A stretch of 64,000 bases of DNA, taken from NCBI GenBank assembly GCA_043762595.1, contig JAYUMN010000054.1, positions 4,604 to 68,603 on the forward strand, written 5' to 3'. A program made the position numbers and the translations under genes. Source of the DNA: Frankiales bacterium. GTDB taxonomy: Bacteria > Actinomycetota > Actinomycetes > Mycobacteriales > SCTD01. Below are positions 1-10,753 of the stretch, piece after piece. The stretch's first letter is position 1; each line of letters begins with the position of its first letter. The notes under the pieces were generated by a model. It saw nothing but the letters and a program-made list of their open reading frames with translations, did no database searches and was not told the DNA's origin.

Positions 1-1
1 T

Positions 2-121
2 CGCGGCAGCGAGCAAGACGTGCTGGGCACCCTGGAGCTCGGCGCCAGTGACCACGTCACGAAGCCCGTCTCCCTCCCGGTCCTGCTGGCCCGCGTGAAG
101 CAGCTGCCCGGCCGGACCTGA
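2..121 (+). CDS. response regulator, C-terminal end of receiver domain (5' part outside window)
   Basis: Frame 2 reads ...DVLGTLELGASDHVTKPVSLPVLLARVKQLPGRT*. The LELGA-D-x-x-TKP string is typical of the end of a CheY-like receiver. TGA at 119-121. Confidence 0.6.
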   Translation, partial: RGSEQDVLGTLELGASDHVTKPVSLPVLLARVKQLPGRT

Positions 122-122
122 C

Positions 123-1400
123 GTGCTCGGGCTGCTGATCGTCGGGGCATCCGTCATGGCTGCCCTGTCGCTCGCCACCCTGTGCACCTGCCTGACCGTC
201 CGGGACATCCGGGTCCGCCGACGGCGGGTCGTCGTCGGCCTGCTCGCAGCACGATCGAACGGACCCCTGGCCCGACCCCGATCCAGCCGGGTACGGCGCT
301 CGATCGTGCTGGAGCTGGCGGATCGCCTCGACGGCAGCAGCCTGCGTGAGCAGGTGCCGTGGGTTGGCGAGGTCAGGCAGCAGGGCCTGCGCGACCTGCG
401 CAGCCGGCGGTGGGTACGCCGGGCGCGAGGTCTGCGGATCCTGCACCCGCTGGGTGCCGGCGACGTCGTGATCCGGGCGCGCCTGGCCGATGATGACCCC
501 CGGGTCCGGACGCTCGCAGCCAGCCTGGCGGGTGGCCGGACCGATCCGCGGCTGCTCAGGCGGCTGGTCTGTCTGCTGGACGATCCGACCCCCGCTGTCA
601 GGCACGCGTCCCTCGACGCCCTGACGCGCCGCGCCGCAGGCAGCACCCAGGCCCTGAACGACGCGCTGTGCGGCACGCCGGTGCTCGCCCCGGAAGAGCT
701 GCCGGAGCAGGACAGCCTGGCCGCACAGCACGACAGCGCCGCGACCCGGGCCGCACTGGCAGCCCAGACAAGGGAACCGTCCGAGACCGGCGCAGCGCAC
801 ACCGAGCGGGTCGCGCCTGGCCTGGTGGTGGTCAATGTGCCATCCGGTCGCGCCGGGTCGGCCGGCACGCTGCCCCGGCCCCTTCGCGCGCGCACCTTGC
901 CCTCGGACCAGACCAGGACGCTGCTGCTGATCCTGCGGGCCTGCGCGGCGGCCGCTGAAGAGTCGCTGCTGCCGGCCGCCCGCCCGTTCCTGACCGATGC
1001 GCGTCCCGATGTACGCGCTGCCACTGTCCGCACCCTGGCGGTCCTCGGCGAGCGGGTGCAGGCCTTCGTCCCGGCGCTGTCCGACCCCGACGGCCGGGTC
1101 CGGGCCGAGGCCGTCGCCGCCCTCGGCCGGCTCGGCGCCAGGTCGCTCGCCGGTCGGTTGGCGGGTGCGCTCTCCGACCGCGACCACGGCGTGCGAGCGG
1201 CGGCGGCCGCGGCGCTGTCCCGTCTGGGCGGGGCCGGCCGGCTGCTCCTGCAGCACGCGATGCGCGGACCCGACCGCTTCGCTGCCGACGCGGCCCGGGT
1301 CGCCCTCGGTCTGCCCCCGGCAGGACCCGAGCAGGCGGGCCCCGGGCCGATCGTCGAACCGGTGGACACGCGGCCGGCTAGGCAACCCGTCCACGTATGA
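123..1400 (+). CDS. membrane-anchored HEAT-repeat protein
   Basis: GTG start followed by a hydrophobic N-terminal helix (LGLLIVGASVMAALSLATLCTCL). Repeated HEAT/PBS-lyase-like units (DPDGRVRAEAVAALGRLG, DRDHGVRAAAAAALSRLG, DARPDVRAATVRTLAVLG). The stop overlaps the next ATG (ATGA at 1397-1400). Confidence 0.75.
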   Translation: MLGLLIVGASVMAALSLATLCTCLTVRDIRVRRRRVVVGLLAARSNGPLARPRSSRVRRSIVLELADRLDGSSLREQVPWVGEVRQQGLRDLRSRRWVRRARGLRILHPLGAGDVVIRARLADDDPRVRTLAASLAGGRTDPRLLRRLVCLLDDPTPAVRHASLDALTRRAAGSTQALNDALCGTPVLAPEELPEQDSLAAQHDSAATRAALAAQTREPSETGAAHTERVAPGLVVVNVPSGRAGSAGTLPRPLRARTLPSDQTRTLLLILRACAAAAEESLLPAARPFLTDARPDVRAATVRTLAVLGERVQAFVPALSDPDGRVRAEAVAALGRLGARSLAGRLAGALSDRDHGVRAAAAAALSRLGGAGRLLLQHAMRGPDRFAADAARVALGLPPAGPEQAGPGPIVEPVDTRPARQPVHV

Positions 1401-2806
1401 CCCTGACCGTGTTGGGCGCGGTGCGCGCCTTCAACGTGCTCCTGCTGACCTACGTCATGCTCGTCAGCCTGCTGCAGCTGACCCTGCTGGTGGCGGCGGG
1501 GCTGGATTTGCGCGAGCACCGGCGGGCCACCCGGTTCGCACTGCGTCAACGACTGCTGTCCTCCACGGTGCTGCCCCGGGTGAGCGTGCTCGCCCCGGCG
1601 TACAACGAAGAGGCGACCGCCGTGGCAAGCGTCACGGCCCTGTTGACGCTGATGTATCCGCAGCTCGAGGTGGTCGTCATCAACGACGGCTCCTCAGACG
1701 ACACGATGCGCGTCCTGATCGAGGCGTTCGACCTGGTGGCGGTCCCGCAGACGTTCCGCCAGGTGCTGCCGATCGCCACGGTCCGGGCGGTCCTGCGCTC
1801 ACGGACAACACCTGCCCTGGTGGTCGTCGATAAGGAGAACGGCGGCAAGGCGGACGCGTTGAACACCGGGCTCTGCGTTGGGACGGGGGACCTGGTGTGC
1901 GCCATCGACGCCGACACCCTGGTCGAGCCGGACGCCCTACTTCGGATGGTCCGGCCCTTCCTGGACACCGACGACTGTGTGGCGGCCGGCGGCACCATCC
2001 GGGTGGCCAACGGCAGTGAGGTGCGGCTGGGCCGGGTGACCAACGTGCGCACCCCCAGCACCTGGCTCGCGGGCGTGCAGTCGGTGGAGTACGTGCGGGC
2101 CTTCCTGTTCGGCCGGCTCGGTTGGAACCGGCTCGGCGGCAACCTGATCATCTCCGGCGCCTTCGGGCTGTTCCGCCGCGAGGATGTGTTGTCGACCGGC
2201 GGCTATCTGCACGGTTCGGTGGGCGAGGACATGGAGCTCGTCGCTCGGCTGCGCCGCCGGGGGCGCGACGGCGTGCCGTCCCGGGTGCACTTCGTGCCGG
2301 ACCCGGTTGCCTGGACCGAGGTGCCGGACTCGGTGAAGGTCCTCGGCAGGCAGCGAGACCGCTGGCACCGGGGGCTGTCCCAAGTGCTCTGGGACTACCG
2401 CGGGTCGATCTTCAACCCCCGCGACGGGGTCCTCGGAATGGTGGTCTACCCGTATTTCCTCATGGTCGAGTTGTTGGCCCCGGTCATCGAGGCCGTCGGC
2501 CTGGCCATCTGCGTCCTCATCGTCGCCATCGGGGCCATCGACGTGCCGTTCGCGGTCGCGATCTTCGTGCTCGCCTACTGCTTTGCCGTCCTACTCTCAC
2601 TGCTCGCGGTGCTGCTGAACACCTGCACCTCGCAGCCGCCGCCGTCGCGCGGCGACCTGTGTCGACTGGCTCTGTGGTCGATCGTGGAACCACTCGGCTA
2701 TCGCCAGCTGACCGTCTACTGGCGGCTGAAGGGCATCGTCGGCTTCCTGCGCGGTCGCTCCGAATGGGGTGTGATGACCCGCAGCGGCTTCGAGTCAGCG
2801 ACCTAG
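1397..2806 (+). CDS. family 2 processive beta-glycosyltransferase (PgaC/IcaA/NodC-like polysaccharide synthase) with N- and C-terminal TM helices
   Basis: VLAPAYNEE, VINDGSSDDT, AIDADT, GEDMEL and the RQRDRWHRG (QxxRW) motif. Hydrophobic N-terminus and multi-helix C-terminus. Confidence 0.85.
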   Translation: MTLTVLGAVRAFNVLLLTYVMLVSLLQLTLLVAAGLDLREHRRATRFALRQRLLSSTVLPRVSVLAPAYNEEATAVASVTALLTLMYPQLEVVVINDGSSDDTMRVLIEAFDLVAVPQTFRQVLPIATVRAVLRSRTTPALVVVDKENGGKADALNTGLCVGTGDLVCAIDADTLVEPDALLRMVRPFLDTDDCVAAGGTIRVANGSEVRLGRVTNVRTPSTWLAGVQSVEYVRAFLFGRLGWNRLGGNLIISGAFGLFRREDVLSTGGYLHGSVGEDMELVARLRRRGRDGVPSRVHFVPDPVAWTEVPDSVKVLGRQRDRWHRGLSQVLWDYRGSIFNPRDGVLGMVVYPYFLMVELLAPVIEAVGLAICVLIVAIGAIDVPFAVAIFVLAYCFAVLLSLLAVLLNTCTSQPPPSRGDLCRLALWSIVEPLGYRQLTVYWRLKGIVGFLRGRSEWGVMTRSGFESAT

Positions 2807-3112
2807 CGCCGCCATGATCGCCTCGGCGCCGTCGCCTTTGAGTACCACCGGGACGCCGACCGGCTGGCTGGGCAGGGTGCCGGTGTGCAGGACCACCCGT
2901 GGCTGCTGCTGCTGCACGACCGGCTCCTGCAGGAGCTCCAGGCCGTGCCCGTCCGGCAGCTGCCCGTCGACGATGATCGCGTCGACCCCGTCGAGCAGCG
3001 GTCGCGCCTCGGCCAGCGAACCTGCCGTCAGCACCTCCCACCCCTCCCGGCTCAGCAGCGAGCGCAGGATCCTGATGACGAGGGGGTCGTCGTCCACGAG
3101 CAACACCCGCAC
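2795..3112 (-). CDS. stand-alone response regulator receiver domain
   Basis: VRVLLVDDDPLVIRILRSLL...IIVDGQLPDGHGLELL. The ORF track starts at 3151. I prefer the GTG at 3112, just before RVLLVDDD. The 3' end overlaps the GT2 3' end by 12 bp (convergent). Confidence 0.75.
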   Translation of the reverse strand: MRVLLVDDDPLVIRILRSLLSREGWEVLTAGSLAEARPLLDGVDAIIVDGQLPDGHGLELLQEPVVQQQQPRVVLHTGTLPSQPVGVPVVLKGDGAEAIMAALGR

Positions 3113-3157
3113 GGCAGTCAGCTGCCGACGATTGCGGTGACGGAGAACCACATGGAC

Positions 3158-5698
3158 TCAGGCCTGGGCAAGCAGCCCGAGATCGGCGTCGCCGGGCAAC
3201 AGCGCTGAGTGCGGCAGGACCCGCACGGTGTAGCCGAACGAGCCGGCCCGCTCGAGCGGCACCTGTCCCTCGAACCGCGGGAGGCCGTCGTCGCCGGTGC
3301 CGATCTGCCGCAGTGGCACACAGGTCGGGCGGTGCAGGTCGTCGTGCTCGTCGACGCGTCCGTAGACCGCCTCGACGCTGACGTCGTCAGATCGCAGCCC
3401 GGCGAGGTCGACGGTGGCCAGCACCGTCATCATCGCGCCGACCTGTGGGGCGTCGTCCATGCCGCTGGCATCGACGCTCAGGACGCGGACGCCCGGCCAC
3501 CTCGAGGTGACCTCCGCACGCCAGGCCGCGAGCTGTTTGGCTGGGGTGAACCCCTGCTCCGCGAGGGCTCTCGATGCGTTCGCGGCCGGCGCGTAGAGCT
3601 CGTGCACGTAGTCGCGGACCATCCGGCTGGCCAGGACCTTCGGGCCGAGGGTTTGCAGGGTGTGCCGGACCATGTCGACCCAGCGCTGCGGCACACCGTC
3701 CGCGTCGACGTCGTAGAACCGGGTCCGGACCTGCTTCTCGACCAGCTCGTAGAACGCCGTCGCCTCCAGATCGTCACGCCGGCTGGGGTCCTCGACGCCG
3801 TCCGCGGTCGGGATCGCCCAGCCGTTCTCCCCGTCGTACATCTCATCCCACCAGCCGTCCAGGATCGACAAGTTGAGGCCGCCGTTCAGAGCGCTCTTCA
3901 TCCCGCTCGTGCCACAGGCCTCGAGCGGGCGCAGCGGGTTGTTCAGCCAGACATCGCAGCCGCCGTAGAGGTAGCGGGCCATGCCGATGTCGTAGTCGGG
4001 CAGGAACACGATCCGGTGCCGCACGTCGCGGCCGTCGGCGAACCGCACGATCTGCTGGATCAGCTGCTTGCCGCCGTCATCGGCCGGATGGGACTTGCCG
4101 GCAATGACCAGCTGGATCGGCCGCTCCGGGTCGAGCAGCAGCGCGGTCAGCCGATCGGGGTCACGCATCATCAGCGTCAACCGCTTGTACGACGGGACCC
4201 GGCGCGCGAAGCCGATCGTCAGCACGTCGGGGTCGAACACCGAGGCGGTCCACCCGAGCTCGGCCTCGGTGGCGCCCCGCTGCAGCCAGGACTGGCGCAG
4301 CCGCTGGCGGACCTCCTGGACCAGGCGTTCGCGCAGCACCCGGCGGACCGCCCAGATGCTGGTGTCGGCGACCTGGGCGATCCCCTCCCAACCCTTGGCG
4401 TCGGTGTTCAAAAGCGGGCTCGCCTCGCGGGCGGCCAGCTCCATCACCTCGCGGGCGACCCAGGTCGGGGCGTGCACCCCGTTGGTCACCGAGCTGATCG
4501 GCACCTCAGCGGTGTCGAACCCCGGCCACAGCCCGGCGAACATCCCGCGGCTGACAATGCCATGCAGCTTGGCCACACCATTGCGTCGCTGGGCCATTCG
4601 CAGGCCCATGTGGGCCATGTTGAACACCGAGCCGTCCTGCTCCGCGCCGAGCTCCAGAATGCGGTCCACTGCCAGCCCGCCGAAGTCGGCGAAGTAGCGC
4701 GCCACCAGTTCGCGCGGGAAGCGGTCGATGCCGGCCGGGACCGGGGTGTGGGTGGTGAACACCGTGCCGGCGCGCACGGCCTCGCGCGCCTCGTCGAAGG
4801 ACAGGCCCTGACCGACGAGCTCGCGGACCCGCTCCAGGCCGAGGAACCCGGCATGCCCCTCGTTGGTGTGGAACACCTCCGGCGCCGGGTCGCCGGTCAG
4901 CGCGGTGTAGGCCCGGATGGCCCGGACGCCGCCGATGCCGAGCAACATCTCCTGGTGCAGGCGGTGGTCCGACCCGCCGCCGTAGAGCCGGTCGGTGACC
5001 TGGCGCTCGGCCGGCAAGTTGTCCTCGATGTCGCTGTCGAGCAGCAGCAGCGGGACCCGGCCGACCTGGGCCTTCCAGACTTGGGCGGCGAGGGTGCGCC
5101 CCTCGGGCAACCCGACGGCAATTTTGAGCGGGGTCCCGTCGCTGCCGGTGAGCAGGGTCAGTGGCAGCCCGTGTGGGTCCAGCGGCGGATAGCGCTCCTG
5201 CTGCCACCCCTCAAGATTGAGGCTCTGTTTGAAGTAGCCGGCCCGGTAGAGCAGACCGACGCCGAGGATCGGCACGCCGAGGTCGGACGCCGCCTTGAGA
5301 TGGTCGCCGGCCAGGATGCCGAGGCCGCCGGAGTACTGCGGGAGCACCTCGGTGATGCCGAATTCGGGTGAGAAGTAGCCGATCGAGGCCGGTGCGTCCG
5401 GCAACGACTGGTACCACTTGGGCTCGGTCAGGTAGTCTTGGAGATCGGCGTGCGCGTCGCGCAACCGGGCCAGGAAGGCCGCGTCGGTGGCCAATTCGGC
5501 CAGCCGCTCGGGGGCGACCTCGCCGAGCAACCGCACCGGGTCCTGGCCGACCTCGTGCCAGGTGACCGGGTCGACCGAGGCGAACAGGTCCAGCGACGTC
5601 GGGTGCCATGACCACCGCAGGTTCATCACCAGCTCCGCCAACGGCGCGAGCGGAGTGGGGAGGGCCAGGCGGACGGTGAATCTGCGGAGGGCTCTCAC
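3158..5698 (-). CDS. glgP: alpha-glucan phosphorylase (GT35, GlgP/maltodextrin phosphorylase type)
   Basis: About 846 aa with NLRWSWHP, YFSPEFG, LGILAGDH, TNGVH and EACGTSGMK (PLP lysine region). Start moved to the GTG at 5698 (VRALRRFTV), because the 5779 start would overlap glgE. Confidence 0.9.
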   Translation of the reverse strand: MRALRRFTVRLALPTPLAPLAELVMNLRWSWHPTSLDLFASVDPVTWHEVGQDPVRLLGEVAPERLAELATDAAFLARLRDAHADLQDYLTEPKWYQSLPDAPASIGYFSPEFGITEVLPQYSGGLGILAGDHLKAASDLGVPILGVGLLYRAGYFKQSLNLEGWQQERYPPLDPHGLPLTLLTGSDGTPLKIAVGLPEGRTLAAQVWKAQVGRVPLLLLDSDIEDNLPAERQVTDRLYGGGSDHRLHQEMLLGIGGVRAIRAYTALTGDPAPEVFHTNEGHAGFLGLERVRELVGQGLSFDEAREAVRAGTVFTTHTPVPAGIDRFPRELVARYFADFGGLAVDRILELGAEQDGSVFNMAHMGLRMAQRRNGVAKLHGIVSRGMFAGLWPGFDTAEVPISSVTNGVHAPTWVAREVMELAAREASPLLNTDAKGWEGIAQVADTSIWAVRRVLRERLVQEVRQRLRQSWLQRGATEAELGWTASVFDPDVLTIGFARRVPSYKRLTLMMRDPDRLTALLLDPERPIQLVIAGKSHPADDGGKQLIQQIVRFADGRDVRHRIVFLPDYDIGMARYLYGGCDVWLNNPLRPLEACGTSGMKSALNGGLNLSILDGWWDEMYDGENGWAIPTADGVEDPSRRDDLEATAFYELVEKQVRTRFYDVDADGVPQRWVDMVRHTLQTLGPKVLASRMVRDYVHELYAPAANASRALAEQGFTPAKQLAAWRAEVTSRWPGVRVLSVDASGMDDAPQVGAMMTVLATVDLAGLRSDDVSVEAVYGRVDEHDDLHRPTCVPLRQIGTGDDGLPRFEGQVPLERAGSFGYTVRVLPHSALLPGDADLGLLAQA

Positions 5699-5778
5699 GA
5701 CGCAGAACCTAGTCCCCGGCGGTGCGGGCGGCGGACCCCCGGCGTTCGCGAGCCGCCGGCGTGGGTACGGTCGGGTCA

Positions 5779-7704
5779 ATGGTGGGAAGAATCGTGATCA
5801 CAGACGTCCGGCCGACCGTCTCGTCCGGTCGCGTTCCTGCGCGCTCAGTCATCGGGCAACAGCTGCCGGTGTCGGCAGTAGTCTTCCGAGAGGGCCACGA
5901 CGCGGTCGGTGCCAACGTCGTGGTCAAGCGCCCGGACGGCGCCAAGGCGGCACCGTTACGGATGCAGCCGGGCGATAACGACGTGTGGTCTGTCCCGGTC
6001 GTCACCGACTGCGAGGGCCGCTGGACCTTTGTGATCGAGGGCTGGAGCGATCCGCTCGGCACCTGGTGGCATGACGCGCCGTTGAACGTCGATGCCGGCG
6101 TCGACGTCGACGTGATGCTCGAGGAGGGCGCGCTGCTGTTCGAGCGGGCCGTGAGGGGCGTCCCGCGGGAGCTGCGGCCCCGGGTCCAGGAGGTCGTCAC
6201 CGCGCTCCGCGACGAGACGCTTGCCCTGGCCGCGCGGATGGCCGTCGCGACCGAACCGGCGCTCCGGCTGCTGCTCGAGCCCTTCCCGGTCCGTGAGCTG
6301 GTGACCCGGTCGGAGACTCGGGCCATCTGGGTCGACCGCGTGCGCGCCCTCTACGGCAGCTGGTATGAGTTGTTTCCCCGCAGCGAAGGGGCGACGACCG
6401 CCCCCCCGACATCAGGGACCTTCGCGACGGCGATGCAGCGCCTGCCCGCGATTGCCGACATGGGCTTCGACGTCGTCTACCTGCCGCCGATCCACCCCAT
6501 CGGGGCGGTCAACCGCAAGGGTCCGAACAACTCCCTGACGCCTGGCCCGGACGACCCGGGCTCACCCTGGGCGATCGGCTCGGTCGAGGGTGGCCACGAC
6601 GCCGTCCACCCGGCACTCGGCACGATCGAGGACTTCGACGCCTTCGTCGCGCGGACCCGGGAACTCGGCATGGAGGTCGCGCTGGACCTCGCCCTGCAGT
6701 GCGCCCCGGACCACCCGTGGGCCACCGAGCACCCGGAGTGGTTCACCACCAGGGCGGACGGCACAATCGCCTTCGCCGAGAACCCGCCGAAGAAGTACCA
6801 GGACATCTACCCGCTGAACTTCGACAACGACCCGGCCGGGCTGTACGCCGAAGTCCTGCGGGTCGTCCGGCACTGGACCTCGCACGGGGTGCGGATCTTC
6901 CGGGTCGACAATCCGCACACCAAGCCGCTGGACTTCTGGCAGTGGCTGATCGCAGCGGTGAAAAGGACCGAGCCCGATGTGCTGTTTCTCGCCGAGGCCT
7001 TCACCCGACCGGCGATGATGCACGAGCTCGGCCGGGTCGGCTTCACCCAGAGCTACACCTACTTCACTTGGCGGGTCGGCAAACAGGAGCTTCAGGACTA
7101 CGCCCTCGAGCTCGCTGCGGCCTCGACGTACATGCGGCCGAACTTCTTCGTAAACACTCCCGACATCCTGCCTACGGCACTGCAGTACGGCGGTCCCCCG
7201 GTGTTCAAGATCCGGGCCGCGCTGGCTGCCCTGCTGGCCCCCTCCTGGGGGGTCTACGCGGGCTATGAGCTGTTCGAACACGTGGCCGTGCGCCCCGGTT
7301 CGGAGGAATACCTGGATTCGGAGAAATATCAGCTGCGGCCGCGGGACTGGACCAGGACCGACACCTTGGCGCCGTACCTGACGATGCTCAACCGGGTGCG
7401 CCGCGAGCACCCGGCCCTGCACTGGCTCGACAACATCGCGTTCCACGATATCGACAGCCAAGACCTGCTGGCGTTCAGCAAACGGACCGGGGACGACTGC
7501 GTCCTGGTCATCGTCAACCTCGACCCGCACGGCGCCCGTGAGGCCACCGTGCACATCGATCTGCCGGCGCTCGGGCGCGGCTGGGAGGACACCATCCTGG
7601 TGCATGACGAGGTGACCGGCGCCGACTACACCTGGGGTGCCGACAACTACGTGCGACTCGACCCGTTCGTCGAGCCCGCGCACATCTTCGTGGTCGGCCG
7701 ATGA
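5779..7704 (+). CDS. glgE: alpha-1,4-glucan:maltose-1-phosphate maltosyltransferase
   Basis: [21 protein letters not shown]..., a typical GlgE N-terminus. GH13 motifs ([16 protein letters not shown]). ATG at 5779 preferred over 5722. Confidence 0.9.
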   Translation: MVGRIVITDVRPTVSSGRVPARSVIGQQLPVSAVVFREGHDAVGANVVVKRPDGAKAAPLRMQPGDNDVWSVPVVTDCEGRWTFVIEGWSDPLGTWWHDAPLNVDAGVDVDVMLEEGALLFERAVRGVPRELRPRVQEVVTALRDETLALAARMAVATEPALRLLLEPFPVRELVTRSETRAIWVDRVRALYGSWYELFPRSEGATTAPPTSGTFATAMQRLPAIADMGFDVVYLPPIHPIGAVNRKGPNNSLTPGPDDPGSPWAIGSVEGGHDAVHPALGTIEDFDAFVARTRELGMEVALDLALQCAPDHPWATEHPEWFTTRADGTIAFAENPPKKYQDIYPLNFDNDPAGLYAEVLRVVRHWTSHGVRIFRVDNPHTKPLDFWQWLIAAVKRTEPDVLFLAEAFTRPAMMHELGRVGFTQSYTYFTWRVGKQELQDYALELAAASTYMRPNFFVNTPDILPTALQYGGPPVFKIRAALAALLAPSWGVYAGYELFEHVAVRPGSEEYLDSEKYQLRPRDWTRTDTLAPYLTMLNRVRREHPALHWLDNIAFHDIDSQDLLAFSKRTGDDCVLVIVNLDPHGAREATVHIDLPALGRGWEDTILVHDEVTGADYTWGADNYVRLDPFVEPAHIFVVGR

Positions 7705-9407
7705 CCTCGCCGGGGCAGGACTACGAGCACGGCGAGCTGGTCAGTCTGGAGCAGTCACGTGACCCGCTGTGGTTCAAGCGCGCGGTCTTCTACGAAGTCC
7801 TGATCCGCGGCTTCGCCGACAGCAACGGTGACGGCACGGGTGACATCCGAGGCCTCACGGGCAAACTGGACTACTTGCAGTGGCTGGGCATCGACTGCGT
7901 TTGGCTGCTGCCGATCTATGAGTCGCCACTGCGCGATGGCGGCTACGACATCAGCGACTTCATGAAAGTGTTGCCGGAGTTTGGCGACCTGGGCGACTTC
8001 GTCCAGCTCGTCGACGAAGCCCACAAGCGCGGCATGCGCATCATCGCCGACCTCGTCATGAACCACTCGAGCGACCAGCACCCGTGGTTCCAGGCGTCCC
8101 GGGACGATCCGACCGGCCCCTACGGGGACTACTACGTCTGGTCCGACACCGATGAGCCGTACAGCGAGGCACGGATCATTTTTGTCGACACCGAGAAGTC
8201 CAACTGGACCTGGGACCCGGTGCGTCAGCAGTATTACTGGCACCGGTTCTTCAGCCATCAGCCCGACCTCAACTTCGACAACCCGGCCGTCGCCGACGCG
8301 ATGATCGAGGTGCTGAAGTTCTGGATGGACCTCGGCATCGACGGATTCCGGCTCGACGCGGTGCCCTACCTGTTCGAGCGGGAGGGGACCAACGGGGAGA
8401 ACCTGCCCGAGACCCACGCCTACCTCAAGCGGGTGCGCCGGGAGATCGATGCGCTCTACCCCGACCGAATACTGCTCGCCGAGGCCAACCAGTGGCCGGC
8501 GGACGTAGTCGAGTATTTCGGCGATCCCGAAAAAGGGGGTGACGAATGCCAGATGGCCTTCCACTTCCCGTTGATGCCGCGGCTGTTCATGGCGGTCCGC
8601 CGTGAGTCCCGCTACCCGATCTCGGAGATCCTAGCCAACACGCCCGCCATCCCGGACGGCTGCCAGTGGGGGATCTTTCTGCGTAACCACGACGAGTTGA
8701 CCCTCGAGATGGTGACCGACGAGGAACGCGACTACATGTACGCGGAGTACGCCAAAGACCCGCGGATGAAGTCCAACGTCGGCATCGCCCGCCGGTTGGC
8801 GCCGCTGCTGGAGAACAGTCGCGACCAGATCGAGTTGTTCACCGGTCTGCTGCTGTCGCTGCCGGGTTCGCCAGTGCTCTACTACGGCGACGAGATTGGT
8901 ATGGGCGACAACATCTATCTTGGCGACCGCGACGGCGTACGGACGCCGATGCAGTGGAACCCCGACCGCAACGCAGGTTTCTCGGCGGCGGACCCGCAAC
9001 GACTCTATCTCCCGCTGATCCTGGACCCCGTCTACGGCTACCAGGCGCTCAACGTCGATGCGCAGATGCGCTCGTCCAGTTCGTTGTTGAACTGGACTCG
9101 CAAGATGCTCGACGTGCGGCGAAAGCACCCCGTCTTCGGCATGGGCAGCTTCGAGGAGCTCGGCACAAGCAATCCGTCGGTGCTCGCCTTCGTCCGGGAG
9201 TTCGGCGACGACCGGGTCCTGTGCGTCAACAACCTGTCCCGGTTCCCGCAGCCGGTCGAGCTGGACTTGTCGAAGTACCAGGGCTGCATGCCGGTCGAGC
9301 TCACTGGCCTCGTGCACTTCCCTCTGGTCGGCGAGTTGCCTTACCTGCTGACCCTCGCGGGTCATGGCTTCATCTGGTTCGCCCTGCAACCCCGGGAGGT
9401 GCGGTGA
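7701..9407 (+). CDS. treS: trehalose synthase / maltose alpha-D-glucosyltransferase
   Basis: [53 protein letters not shown] overlap with the glgE stop. Confidence 0.92.
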   Translation: MTSPGQDYEHGELVSLEQSRDPLWFKRAVFYEVLIRGFADSNGDGTGDIRGLTGKLDYLQWLGIDCVWLLPIYESPLRDGGYDISDFMKVLPEFGDLGDFVQLVDEAHKRGMRIIADLVMNHSSDQHPWFQASRDDPTGPYGDYYVWSDTDEPYSEARIIFVDTEKSNWTWDPVRQQYYWHRFFSHQPDLNFDNPAVADAMIEVLKFWMDLGIDGFRLDAVPYLFEREGTNGENLPETHAYLKRVRREIDALYPDRILLAEANQWPADVVEYFGDPEKGGDECQMAFHFPLMPRLFMAVRRESRYPISEILANTPAIPDGCQWGIFLRNHDELTLEMVTDEERDYMYAEYAKDPRMKSNVGIARRLAPLLENSRDQIELFTGLLLSLPGSPVLYYGDEIGMGDNIYLGDRDGVRTPMQWNPDRNAGFSAADPQRLYLPLILDPVYGYQALNVDAQMRSSSSLLNWTRKMLDVRRKHPVFGMGSFEELGTSNPSVLAFVREFGDDRVLCVNNLSRFPQPVELDLSKYQGCMPVELTGLVHFPLVGELPYLLTLAGHGFIWFALQPREVR

Positions 9408-10753
9408 CGGTCGAAGACCTGCTGATGGCCTGGCTCCCCCGACAGCGTTGGTTCGGCGGCAAGGGCCGCGACGTGGGCCGCGTCGCGGTGGTCTCCAGCG
9501 CGACGTTGCTCGAGGGCGACCCGCAGGTCCGGCTGTTGGTCCTCGAGGTCAGCTTCATCGACGGCGACAGCGACCACTACCAGCTGCTGCTCGGGGCGGC
9601 GTCCGTTCCGGTCGAGCAGCGCCTCGAGCACGCCGTGATCGGTGCCCACGACGGATCGGTGCTCTACGACGCCGTCCACGATCAGGCAGCGGCCGGCGCA
9701 CTACTGCAGCACCTGGCCACCGGCGACGACATCGACGGACTGTCCTTCATCAACGCCGACGAGGTGGACCAGGGCCTGACCAGCCGGGTGCTGACCGTCG
9801 AGCAGAGCAACACCTCGCTGGTCTTCGGGGACGAGTTCATCCTCAAGCTGTTCCGGCGGTTGCAGCCCGGGGCCAACCCCGACATCGAGGTGACCAAGGC
9901 GCTGTCAGACGCCGGCAGCATCCATGTCGCCCGCCCGGTGGCCTGGTTCGACGGCGTCGTACACGGCGAGGTCACCACGCTCGGTCTGCTCCAGCCGTTC
10001 CTCAAGTCGGCCAGTGACGGCTGGGCGATGGCCACCACCAGCGTGCGGGATCTGTTCGCCGAGGGCGACCTGCACGCCGACGAGGTGGGCGGCGACTTCG
10101 CGGCCGAGTCCGACCGGCTCGGCGAGGCAACCGGCTATGTGCACGCCCTGCTGGCCCAGGTACTCGAGTCGCGGACCGCCGGCCCGGCCGAGTCGCGGCA
10201 GACCGGCCATCAGCTGCACGAACGGCTCGAGACGGCGCTGGCCATCGTGCCGGAGCTCGCACCGCACGCGGACGCCATCAGGACGGCGTACGACGTCGTC
10301 GCCGACCGAACCGGGCCGGTGCCCGTGCAGCGGGTGCACGGGGATTACCACCTCGGCCAGGTGCTGCGGACGGCGGACGGCTGGGTGCTGCTCGACTTCG
10401 AGGGCGAACCGGCCCGGCCGCTGGCGGAGCGGCGTGCGCTGATGAGCCCGCTGCGCGACGTCGCCGGCATGTTGCGCTCCTTCGACTACGCGGCCCGCCA
10501 TCTGCTCGCCGAACGCGGCGACGAGCCGCAGCTGGCATACCGCGCGGCCGAGTGGGCAGAGCGAAATCGAGCCGCGTTCTGCGACGGCTACGCCCGTGCC
10601 GTCGGCGCCGACCCTCGCGACGAGGCGGCTCTGCTGCTGGCCTTCGAGCTCGACAAGGCGGTCTACGAAGTGGTCTACGAAACACGCAACCGGCCAACCT
10701 GGGTGCGCATCCCGCTGGGCTCCATCGAGCGGCTGGTGGGGGCGCTCGGATGA
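9404..10753 (+). CDS. pep2: maltokinase (maltose 1-phosphate forming)
   Basis: [24 protein letters not shown]..., then the kinase-like segment [13 protein letters not shown]...[12 protein letters not shown] overlap with the treS stop. The upstream 150 codons of track ORF 8954 lie out of frame inside treS. Confidence 0.85.
   Translation: MTVEDLLMAWLPRQRWFGGKGRDVGRVAVVSSATLLEGDPQVRLLVLEVSFIDGDSDHYQLLLGAASVPVEQRLEHAVIGAHDGSVLYDAVHDQAAAGALLQHLATGDDIDGLSFINADEVDQGLTSRVLTVEQSNTSLVFGDEFILKLFRRLQPGANPDIEVTKALSDAGSIHVARPVAWFDGVVHGEVTTLGLLQPFLKSASDGWAMATTSVRDLFAEGDLHADEVGGDFAAESDRLGEATGYVHALLAQVLESRTAGPAESRQTGHQLHERLETALAIVPELAPHADAIRTAYDVVADRTGPVPVQRVHGDYHLGQVLRTADGWVLLDFEGEPARPLAERRALMSPLRDVAGMLRSFDYAARHLLAERGDEPQLAYRAAEWAERNRAAFCDGYARAVGADPRDEAALLLAFELDKAVYEVVYETRNRPTWVRIPLGSIERLVGALG

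Noticed and set aside
57-1394. 445-aa minus-strand ORF
   Set aside because: It is antisense to the HEAT-repeat gene, is Arg/Gly/Pro/Gln-rich, and has no motifs.
3209-5371. 720-aa plus-strand ORF
   Set aside because: It is antisense to glgP, which has unmistakable GT35 motifs. Its composition (Arg/Gly/Pro/His runs) is typical of a shadow frame.
8954-9403. 5' extension of the maltokinase ORF (track start 8954), and likewise of glgB (10552) and glgE (5722)
   Set aside because: The extensions overlap the upstream gene out of frame and are Arg/Pro-rich. Start codons that form ATGA/GTGA overlaps, and that match the family N-termini, were chosen instead.
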